This document shows, piece after piece, positions 1 through 7,492 of a DNA stretch of 64,000 nt. The notes under the pieces are model-generated. The model did not search any database and had not been told where the DNA came from. It saw only the letters and a list, made by a program, of their open reading frames with translations. This DNA is from a virus (Duplodnaviria; Caudoviricetes), in the IMG/VR virus record IMGVR_UViG_3300012983_000037, positions 1 to 64,000 of that record; one strand, 5' to 3'. Position 1 is the first letter of the stretch, and each line of letters opens with the position of its first letter. Made by a program: the position numbers and the translations under genes.

Positions 1-200
1 AATCCCTCTGCACCATCATCATCATTGAGAGAAACACTCTTTGGAAGACATGAGTTGTAATGCTTCTCCATTCTCTGCTCTTCCTTCCTTCTCTTCTCTT
101 CTTTAGTGAAGTAGATGTGATCTACGATTACCATGCTGATGAGCATGAGGATTACACCTGCTACTATAGCAGCTGTAATTGTTGTGAATACTGTGTTCAT
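1..200 (-). CDS. small membrane-anchored hypothetical protein, runs off the window start (MNTVFTTITAAIVAGVILMLISMVIVDHIYFTKEEKRRKEEQ...)
   Basis: Manual translation from the ATG at 200 is open to the window edge. It has an N-terminal hydrophobic helix followed by a charged stretch, and an A-rich upstream region. Not in the ORF track. Confidence 0.7.
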   Translation of the reverse strand, partial: MNTVFTTITAAIVAGVILMLISMVIVDHIYFTKEEKRRKEEQRMEKHYNSCLPKSVSLNDDDGAEG

Positions 201-367
201 TGTTTTTGTTTGCTTTGTGTAAGATACGCTTACTGTTTTTACGGATTAGGTTTATTTATCCTCTATATGCCTAATCGCTAGAGTGTGTTTTACTCCTGAG
301 AACCTAACTTAATAGGAAAGCCCAAGGAGCCCTCAACATCTTGGGAATGTTTAGAGCTTTTGAAGTC

Positions 368-682
368 TTACAACACTGTTACTGTATGTAAGAAGAATGT
401 GTAAGTCTCTCTTTCATAACCACCGTAACGATCGGTCTTATGAGAGTACTTGTAATCCTTCTCTGTGAAGAAGTATTTATCACAAGGAAAGTTCGCATCT
501 ACAAATGCTTTGATGGCCTTGTTTACATCATCACCTTTAATAGTAGTGGTAATGATCTTACCATCTGTAGTGATAGCCTCAAATTCTACCACTCTACATT
601 CTCCACGAGAACTCCATCCATGATAATAAGATGCTTCTACATACGCAACTCTGTTGCAAAACTCTGTAATCTTTTGTGCCAT
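368..682 (-). CDS. hypothetical protein, probable early gene
   Basis: 104 aa ORF with normal composition and an A-rich start context; same strand as the neighbouring gene. Confidence 0.75.
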   Translation of the reverse strand: MAQKITEFCNRVAYVEASYYHGWSSRGECRVVEFEAITTDGKIITTTIKGDDVNKAIKAFVDANFPCDKYFFTEKDYKYSHKTDRYGGYERETYTFFLHTVTVL

Positions 683-834
683 AATATATATTGTTTAATT
701 GATTGCAGAGTATATACCATACTATCACAGCATGGTTGTACTGTAGCTACTGCTAGCATTGCAGCTCAGTACTATTGCTTACTAGTAGTAGTTAGTATCT
801 TACTAGTAGCAAGTAGGCTTTGCTTTTATACTTA

Positions 835-1020
835 GGGACCATTGGGACCCATCCAGGGGGGCCAACCCCCAACTGGCAAAGCCATGGGGGAGGTATTTGT
901 AATTATACCTCACTTCCATAAATAAAAAAAAATTAAAATTTTCTAGAAAATACCCCACTCCTACAAATAATAAAAAAAAATAAAAAAAAATTCAAAAAAA
1001 AATAAAATTAAAAATTTTCT
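835..1020. other. strand-switch region with GC-rich hairpins and A-tracts; candidate genome terminus, packaging site or origin
   Basis: GGGGG-gccaa-CCCCC, TGGC-aaa-GCCA and GAGGTAT-n8-ATACCTC hairpins, followed by repeated A9 tracts. Genes diverge on either side. Confidence 0.45.
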
Positions 1021-1028
1021 TAAACCTC

Positions 1029-1059
1029 TTGCTTTTGTAAAAAATAATATATACTTTTG
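1029..1059 (+). promoter_or_regulatory. Bacteroidota primary-sigma promoter (-33 TTG / -7 TAnnTTTG)
   Basis: TTG 1029-1031, 20 nt spacer, TACTTTTG 1052-1059. Confidence 0.8.
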
Positions 1060-1076
1060 CGGAAATATTTAGAGAG

Positions 1077-1238
1077 TTACTTATATAGGATTATGTTTGC
1101 TCAAGCTAAAATGCACAGGTAATTGAGCCTAGGGATAACTAAGAGAAGAACTAATAATATATAAACGGGGCATAAGACTATATAAGTAAGTAACTGCAGT
1201 TACACCCAGGGATGCAAAGAGGTTTCCTAGGTCTCTTT
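1077..1238 (+). ncRNA. candidate structured leader or ncRNA
   Basis: TTACTTATATAG (1077-1088) pairs with CTATATAAGTAA (1178-1189) and extends inward. Also an inner GCTCAA/TTGAGC stem and a possible pseudoknot CCTAGGGA/TTCCTAGG. Confidence 0.5.
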
Positions 1239-1273
1239 ATTATATAAATGGAAGAGTAGGCTAAAAAATACTA

Positions 1274-2197
1274 ATGATTATGACTTTAGAAGAAGTAGTA
1301 TTAAAGCTAAAGGAGCATCCTATTTATTTAAAAAATGGGAAAGGACTTCTTAGTAGAAAGTTCAAATGCTCTCAAGAAACAATTGTAGAAGCTAGGAGAA
1401 TAGTTAGAGGTATTAAAAACTCTAACACTCCTAAGATACTTATTTTTGATTTAGAGACTGCTCCAATGTCAGCATATGTTTGGGGAAGGTGGAATCAGAA
1501 TGTATCATTAGATGCAACTATATCAGAATGGTTTATACTTTGCTGGTCTGCAAAATGGCTATATTCTGATTACATTATGTCAGATAAACTAACCTCTGAA
1601 GAGTCTTTAAATGAGGATGATTCTAGAATTATTAAATCACTTTGGTCTCTTGTAGATGAGGCAGATATTATTATTGCTCACAATGCTAAAAGAGCCGATG
1701 TTAAATGGATGAATACAAGATTCATACTTAATGGACTCATCCCCCCAAAACCATACTATATTATAGACACTTTAGATGTAGCAAAGAAAGAGTTTAAGTT
1801 CAGCTCTAATAAACTTGATGCATTGGCAGGCTATTTTGGAATAGAGCATAAGTTAGGTACTGACTTTAACCTGTGGAAAAAGTGTTTAGATGGAAATGAG
1901 GAGGCTCTAAACTATATGTGTGAGTACAACAAGAAGGATGTAGAAATTCTTGAAGATGTTTATTTACATCTTAGACCTTGGATAAAAAACCATCCTAATT
2001 TGGGAAATATATCAGAACTATCGGGTACAAGATGCACACATTGTAACTCTAAAAATATTAATATGATTAATGAGAAATTTTACTTTACCTCAGTAGGTAA
2101 ATATAATCTTTATAGATGTAAAGATTGCGGTGGAATATCCAGAGGTAGAGATAATCTAAATACTAGTAAAACTAAATTAGCACCAGTATTAAAGTGA
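1274..2197 (+). CDS. DnaQ/RNase H-like DEDD 3'-5' exonuclease with C-terminal Zn ribbon
   Basis: ExoI IFDLET, ExoII AHNAKRAD, IDTL, ExoIII YNKKDV; CTHC...CKDC. Confidence 0.85.
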   Translation: MIMTLEEVVLKLKEHPIYLKNGKGLLSRKFKCSQETIVEARRIVRGIKNSNTPKILIFDLETAPMSAYVWGRWNQNVSLDATISEWFILCWSAKWLYSDYIMSDKLTSEESLNEDDSRIIKSLWSLVDEADIIIAHNAKRADVKWMNTRFILNGLIPPKPYYIIDTLDVAKKEFKFSSNKLDALAGYFGIEHKLGTDFNLWKKCLDGNEEALNYMCEYNKKDVEILEDVYLHLRPWIKNHPNLGNISELSGTRCTHCNSKNINMINEKFYFTSVGKYNLYRCKDCGGISRGRDNLNTSKTKLAPVLK

Positions 2198-2529
2198 AAG
2201 TAATATTTAATAATCTTATTCCATTTCCTGGATTTGCTGCTATAAATTTATTTGGAGTAATGTTTGTTAGAAATGGAGTATATAGGAATAATAAGATTCC
2301 TAAAAAGACCTATACACATGAGTCTATACATACTGCTCAAATGAAAGAGATGCTTTATATATTTTTTTATATATGGTACTTCTTAGAGTGGTTAGTTCAA
2401 TTATGTTTACATGGAAAGTATGCTTATTATTGGATATCTTTTGAGAGAGAAGCATATGATAATGAGAGAAATGAAAACTATTTAAGTAATAGAAAACATT
2501 TTAATTGGTTTGGATATTATGGAAAATAA
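2194..2529 (+). CDS. small zincin-like metallopeptidase
   Basis: HExxH (HESIH) plus a downstream FEREAY third-ligand motif. Confidence 0.7.
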   Translation: MKVIFNNLIPFPGFAAINLFGVMFVRNGVYRNNKIPKKTYTHESIHTAQMKEMLYIFFYIWYFLEWLVQLCLHGKYAYYWISFEREAYDNERNENYLSNRKHFNWFGYYGK

Positions 2530-2645
2530 GAACAAATATGTAATATCAGGTAGAGAATTAATATCAAAAATAGGAACACTACCTATAGAAAATACTAATG
2601 CTACTATGATTGTGTGGGATTATCATAATGAAAAAGGGATAAATA

Positions 2646-4514
2646 ATGGAAAACAAAGATAGATGGTCATCCCTCTCTATATCAGAGAAGGATGCTTTAA
2701 TTAAATTATATGTGAGTAATGGTATTACTTCTTTAGATGCTATAAAGAAGGATTATAATAGTTTTAGTGGGGGGAGCAACTTGCATAATAAGGAGTCTAA
2801 CATACCACAAAATACAGATGATAATACACCTACTGTTTTAGAAGATTCTGCAGAAGGAGATAATAGTTCTACTAGAAATAAAGTGCAGACACCTAGAGTT
2901 GATGCTTCAATTAAGCGTGCAACAAAGATAATTGGAAATAGTATTAAACTAGCCTTAGGAGAATACCTCTCCTCATTGAAACAACAATCTCTACAAGAGT
3001 CAGAAGCGAATAAGTTTGGTCCTGGTGGACCTGTAAATAATACTAAATGGAAAGCTTTAGATAATGTTGATTTTAAAGCTATTCCTGATTCTACTTATAC
3101 TAGAGAAAAAACAGGTATAGGAAGTATTGAGTTTTTTCATAAAGATAATCCTGTGGGAATAACTTATCCTAATGGATATTTTAGAGAACACCCTTCTCCT
3201 GGGGAGAATGTAATATTATATGATCCTAAAACTAATGACGATCAAGATATTAGGTTAGACGCATTACATGTAATGCCTCAAGATCCTGTATACGCTGATT
3301 TACTTGCTATGTATAGATTGGCTGCTAACGATGGAGATGTTGCTCATCAAGCCGATAGAGATTACAAATATTATGTAGATACATACGGTATGGATAAAGC
3401 ATTAAAAACCTTTGATGCAAAAGATCCTCAGCAACTTTGGGAGAGGTTGTTTGATAATGCAGCAGACGGCTTATTGAGAAATATGCTTATAGAAGGCACT
3501 CCTGAATATATAGAAAGTAAAAGATATTATCCTAATAAACAGCAACTTAGAGAATGGAATAGTCATCTAGTACCGTATATAGATGAGATTCAAAAGTATC
3601 TTGAAACAGGTGAGAGGCCTTGGTATATGCTTGAACCTGCTGTAGTAACAGCAGAAGCAAAAAGTGAAGGAGGGAAAATAAATACTTTTGCAACAGGAGG
3701 AGATAAAGACAGTGCAGAAGGAGAAGTTTGGAAAAGGGAATTTAAAGATTTACCTCAAGGATTTAAGCAAGCTATATTACAACTAGTAGAAGAACTAAAC
3801 TATAATGTTGAGGATGCTGAAGAATTATTTAATTCAGGAGCATTAAGGGCTCCGCTAGATGCTAAATTTAGAAATACACAGTCTGGTAGGGTTAGGCAGA
3901 ATGATTCTCCTACATCTGATAGGAGCACTGCTTTAGAGGATAGAATGAATACCTTTATATATAATAGATCAGATGCTGTAAGGCCTAATATGCAATATGC
4001 GATTCCATATATTGAGGATTTAGAAATTAAAGTTCCAGGAGTAGGAAGAACTACTACTAATGCACTAGACTCTTTGGCTAAATATGCATATGAAGCACAA
4101 ATTCCTTTAGAAGAAGCTTTAGGATTAGCAGCTCAAGAAACTGCATTAGGAGCAATACCACTCATCAATTATAAAGATATTCCAAAAAATGCAACTGAAG
4201 AGGAAAAGCAAGAAGTAAAAGAGCACAATAGGGCTTTAGGTAATTCCTCTTACTTTAGAAACTACGGTATTATACCTGCAGAGAGTATGGTTAGAGACTT
4301 TAGATATAATATAGTAGAGGATCCTGTTTCTAGAGGTGTCCCTCCTTTATTACATGCATTTGAGTACTGGAAAGAAGGAAACTACAATAGAGGGGATCCT
4401 AGCCATAATGAAGATGTTAAAAGGAAAGGCAGAGAGATTATGAGTACTAAAGTTATTCAAGATTGGGTTAAAGATAGTGAATTTGCACAAAAAGTAATAA
4501 ATTTATTTAAATAA
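2646..4514 (+). CDS. modular protein, candidate virion cargo, with a C-terminal lysozyme/lytic-transglycosylase-like domain
   Basis: Segments are separated by xxGG motifs. The C-terminal ALGLAAQETALG...YNRG resembles SLT motifs. Confidence 0.5.
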   Translation: MENKDRWSSLSISEKDALIKLYVSNGITSLDAIKKDYNSFSGGSNLHNKESNIPQNTDDNTPTVLEDSAEGDNSSTRNKVQTPRVDASIKRATKIIGNSIKLALGEYLSSLKQQSLQESEANKFGPGGPVNNTKWKALDNVDFKAIPDSTYTREKTGIGSIEFFHKDNPVGITYPNGYFREHPSPGENVILYDPKTNDDQDIRLDALHVMPQDPVYADLLAMYRLAANDGDVAHQADRDYKYYVDTYGMDKALKTFDAKDPQQLWERLFDNAADGLLRNMLIEGTPEYIESKRYYPNKQQLREWNSHLVPYIDEIQKYLETGERPWYMLEPAVVTAEAKSEGGKINTFATGGDKDSAEGEVWKREFKDLPQGFKQAILQLVEELNYNVEDAEELFNSGALRAPLDAKFRNTQSGRVRQNDSPTSDRSTALEDRMNTFIYNRSDAVRPNMQYAIPYIEDLEIKVPGVGRTTTNALDSLAKYAYEAQIPLEEALGLAAQETALGAIPLINYKDIPKNATEEEKQEVKEHNRALGNSSYFRNYGIIPAESMVRDFRYNIVEDPVSRGVPPLLHAFEYWKEGNYNRGDPSHNEDVKRKGREIMSTKVIQDWVKDSEFAQKVINLFK

Positions 4515-4515
4515 A

Positions 4516-4547
4516 TTTGGTAATTTAAATTTTTTTACATATCTTTG
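4516..4547 (+). promoter_or_regulatory. Bacteroidota promoter
   Basis: TTTG 4516-4519, 20 nt spacer, TATCTTTG 4540-4547. Confidence 0.85.
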
Positions 4548-4568
4548 CAAAGTAAAATAAGAGTAGAT

Positions 4569-4802
4569 ATGAATACTAAGAGATGGATTTCGCTTGGAAT
4601 AGCAGTTCTTATTGTTATTCTAGCAATTGTTTTAACTAATGTACTTCCTATTTGGATTACATTCTATGCATGTCTAGCATTTGTTGCTGGATTTGTAGCA
4701 GGTTATTTATTTAAGAAGCCTGAAGTAATTACTAAGACTGTTGAAAAGATAGTTGAGGTAACAAAGCCTATAAAGATTAAGAAGGCTAAGAAGGTAGAAT
4801 AA
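4569..4802 (+). CDS. small two-helix membrane protein with basic tail (holin-like topology)
   Basis: Start moved to ATG 4569 because the track's TTG start lies inside the promoter. Two hydrophobic segments. Confidence 0.7.
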   Translation: MNTKRWISLGIAVLIVILAIVLTNVLPIWITFYACLAFVAGFVAGYLFKKPEVITKTVEKIVEVTKPIKIKKAKKVE

Positions 4803-4811
4803 TCTACCTAT

Positions 4812-4883
4812 GGGGATATAGCACAGTGGTAGTGCAGTAGACTGTTAATCTATTGGTCGATGGTTCGAATCCATCTATCCCCG
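4812..4883 (+). tRNA. tRNA-Asn(GTT)
   Basis: Acceptor GGGGATA/TATCCCC, anticodon arm GTAGA-CTGTTAA-TCTAT, T-loop TTCGAAT. Confidence 0.93.
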
Positions 4884-4886
4884 CGA

Positions 4887-5206
4887 TTAATGAATTACGA
4901 GCGAGAGCTACAGGCCGTAGAAAGCAATGAGTGTAATATCTATAGTAAAAGACTTGTGGGCGTACTACTCTAAAGACAATAAACGTTAGAACGTTGGCTG
5001 TGTCTAGTAATTCATTGAGGTCTAATGCCGCTTGCATCCGGCTTTGTATGTTGCAAACGTCTTTTCTACCGACGGTGGTGTAGAATGCTCTATCACAAAC
5101 GATAGTGACGCTTTGTAAGTTTGTCAAGATGGGAGAAATTTAAAAACGATTGGTGGGTATACACACACAATTCATACTGAAGTAGGAGGTCAAACCTTAG
5201 TCAGTA
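4887..5206 (+). ncRNA. structured non-coding tract between tRNA-Asn and tRNA-Ala
   Basis: A 12-bp closing stem (4887-4898/5007-5018), a three-way junction at about 5058-5110, and a three-hairpin motif at 5112-5206 that is repeated at 7723-7819. Confidence 0.6.
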
Positions 5207-5210
5207 ATTT

Positions 5211-5285
5211 GGGGTCATCATATAAGGGCTATTATGATAGATTTGCATTCTATTCATCGGAGTTCGAATCTCCGTGGCTCCACCA
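5211..5285 (+). tRNA. tRNA-Ala(TGC)
   Basis: GGGGTCA/TGGCTCC with G3:U70, ATAGA-TTTGCAT-TCTAT, encoded CCA. Confidence 0.92.
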
Positions 5286-5385
5286 ATAAAACAAAGACTA
5301 AGCAAAGATCGCAACTTTGTTACGGAGAGTATGCCTTCTCTCCGTCTTTGTTTAGTATTAATAAGGCATTTAAAAAGGTAATAAT

Positions 5386-6105
5386 ATGAATATAAAAAAT
5401 TTAACAAAAGAAGAGTTAATATAGCTTTTCAAAGACAAAGAATGTAATCTAAAAAGAATTGAAGCAGATTTCGGATTAGGTAAAAATGCTGCTGGACGAC
5501 TACTAACTAAAATGGGTATAGATTATAATAAAATAAAATCAGAATGGTTAGATAGTTTGAAAAAAGCCTACGAAACTAATCCTAAATTATGTAAATATTG
5601 TGGAAACCCTATACTTTATGAAGATAGAAATCGAAAAGATTTTTGTAATCAATCTTGTGCAGCATCCTATAATAACACATTAAGAGGTGGTAAAATTAGA
5701 GAACACCTTACACATTGTTTAAATTGCGGAAAAGAACTTTCTAAATCCGCTATTAAATATTGTGATAATAAATGCCGAATTGAATTCAAATACAAGATGT
5801 ACATAGAAAGATGGAAACAAGGTTTAGAAAACGGGGTAACAGGTAAATATGATATAAGCTCTCATATTAGAAAGTACTTATTCATCAAATATAACAACTC
5901 TTGCCAAATATGTGGTTGGAATAAAACTAATCCTAAATCTGGAAAAGTTCCTTTATAGATACATCATATAGATGGGAATTGCCTTAACAATAAAGAGGAA
6001 AATCTTCAATTACTTTGTCCAAATTGTCATTCTTTGACAGATACATTTGGAAATTTAAATGACTCTAGTAGTCGTATTTATAGAAAACAAAAACAAAATA
6101 TATAA
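5386..6105 (+). CDS. HNH homing endonuclease with Zn fingers, interrupted by two in-frame TAG codons (5422-5424, 5956-5958); 239 aa if TAG is read as sense, otherwise a pseudogene
   Basis: A single frame runs from ATG 5386 to TAA 6105: MNIKNLTKEELI*LFKD...CQICGW...VPL*IHHIDGNCLNNKEENLQLLCPNCHS. The HNH core lies after the second TAG. Confidence 0.88.
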
Positions 6106-6117
6106 AAATTAACAATT

Positions 6118-6384
6118 ATGTGGTATTGGATTACTGCGCTTATATTCTTAGCGCTAGAAATTGCAGCAGTTGCTGTACTTGTAGGAATAAATCATAGAAG
6201 AGACAATAGAGGTCTGGATTTAGACGAAATATTCGAAAACTTTGGTCCAGTAGCAGTAGTTCTGTTGTTAGGTGCTATTGCATGGCCGTTACTAACACTA
6301 GTCATTCTTTTTGTAATTCTTTACAATATATTCTTAAAGGATGCCTTTAATAAAATAGTTGATTGGATAGACGAACGTCTATGA
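6118..6384 (+). CDS. hypothetical membrane protein
   Basis: 88 aa, two hydrophobic helices, AWP motif. Confidence 0.75.
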   Translation: MWYWITALIFLALEIAAVAVLVGINHRRDNRGLDLDEIFENFGPVAVVLLLGAIAWPLLTLVILFVILYNIFLKDAFNKIVDWIDERL

Positions 6385-7139
6385 TAGCTATACAAGGACA
6401 TCTAGATAGAGGAAATGAAGTAATTCAAATTCTTAAAAATTTAGGTGGTATAAATCGAATGAATCATAGTGGTCGTTACACTAACTACTTTTATTATATT
6501 AGTGGTGATGACAACACTATTGCATGGACTTGCATTCAACCACAGCATTTAGGTGTTTATACGTTAGAAGAGTTTGAGAAAAAATTCCCTCTTAAGATTG
6601 GTGAAACAGTAATCACCACACTAAATCATGTTGGAACAATAATAGGCATAACAAATGGGAAGTACAAAGTTCTGTTTAGAGAAGACAGTGCCTTAATTGC
6701 TCCACGTAGATTAAAATCTTATAAAGAAATGGAAAGAAATGTAACGCTTACTCTTGACAAAGCAAAGGAGTGGTATAACAAAGGTGGAGAACTCAGAGAG
6801 ATTGCTCTACAAGCTTTTACCAAAGAAGAATTAAATCCACTTCCTAGAAATTGGGAAGAGTACTGTAAACACACCTCAACACTTACAACCTCATTCAGCA
6901 GTTGTCCTAGATATGATGCTTTTGTCAAACTTGAACACCTGAGAGATTGTTGGTTAGATGGATGGAAACCTAAATGGGATGTTTCTCAAAAATGGTGTAT
7001 TCGTTTGTATAAGAACGAATTACATGTGGGATTATGCACAGATATATCTAGATTTCTTACATTCCCAACTAGAGAAATGGCTGAAGAGTTCCTTAAGTGT
7101 TTCAGGAATTTGATTGAATTAGCTAAAGATTTAATCTAA
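6381..7139 (+). CDS. hypothetical phage protein
   Basis: Likely start at ATG 6381 (ATGA overlap with the upstream stop); long ORF. Confidence 0.75.
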   Translation: MIAIQGHLDRGNEVIQILKNLGGINRMNHSGRYTNYFYYISGDDNTIAWTCIQPQHLGVYTLEEFEKKFPLKIGETVITTLNHVGTIIGITNGKYKVLFREDSALIAPRRLKSYKEMERNVTLTLDKAKEWYNKGGELREIALQAFTKEELNPLPRNWEEYCKHTSTLTTSFSSCPRYDAFVKLEHLRDCWLDGWKPKWDVSQKWCIRLYKNELHVGLCTDISRFLTFPTREMAEEFLKCFRNLIELAKDLI

Positions 7140-7492
7140 TGTGTCTAGTAACTAGTCAATCTGAACCACTAATCGCTAAAAAGGATATAGTGGTATATAA
7201 ATGTCTAATTAAACAAGCAACTACCTTAGTAAGTCCTTACATAGGGTTTGTATATAAACTTCGTACTTTATACGAAGCTTCTTTAGGAGTATCAGTACAC
7301 AATACAATCACTGTAGTAGAAGAAGGTTTACACGCTTATTACGATAAAAAGCGCGCCTTAAATAAATGGTCTAATGAAGTGTATAAATGTATTGTACCTA
7401 AAGGAAGTAAGTATTACTTGTCTAAAAAAGACGGTGAAATCGTATCAGACAAGTTAATCATAAAAAGAAAGCTCTTGTTTAATAGATTCTAA
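7139..7492 (+). CDS. hypothetical phage protein
   Basis: TAATG coupling; MCL...KDIVVYK...GLHAY...CIVPKGSKYY pattern. Confidence 0.75.
   Translation: MCLVTSQSEPLIAKKDIVVYKCLIKQATTLVSPYIGFVYKLRTLYEASLGVSVHNTITVVEEGLHAYYDKKRALNKWSNEVYKCIVPKGSKYYLSKKDGEIVSDKLIIKRKLLFNRF

Noticed and set aside
60-835. Plus-strand ORFs 60..281 and 440..835
   Set aside because: They are shadows of better minus-strand genes (1..200, 368..682) and have odd composition.
5211-5285. tmRNA
   Set aside because: The G3:U70 pair and CCA are explained by a complete tRNA-Ala cloverleaf with a TGC anticodon.
4804-5407. Minus-strand ORFs 4804..5127 and 5201..5407
   Set aside because: They lie antisense to tRNA genes and structured RNA.
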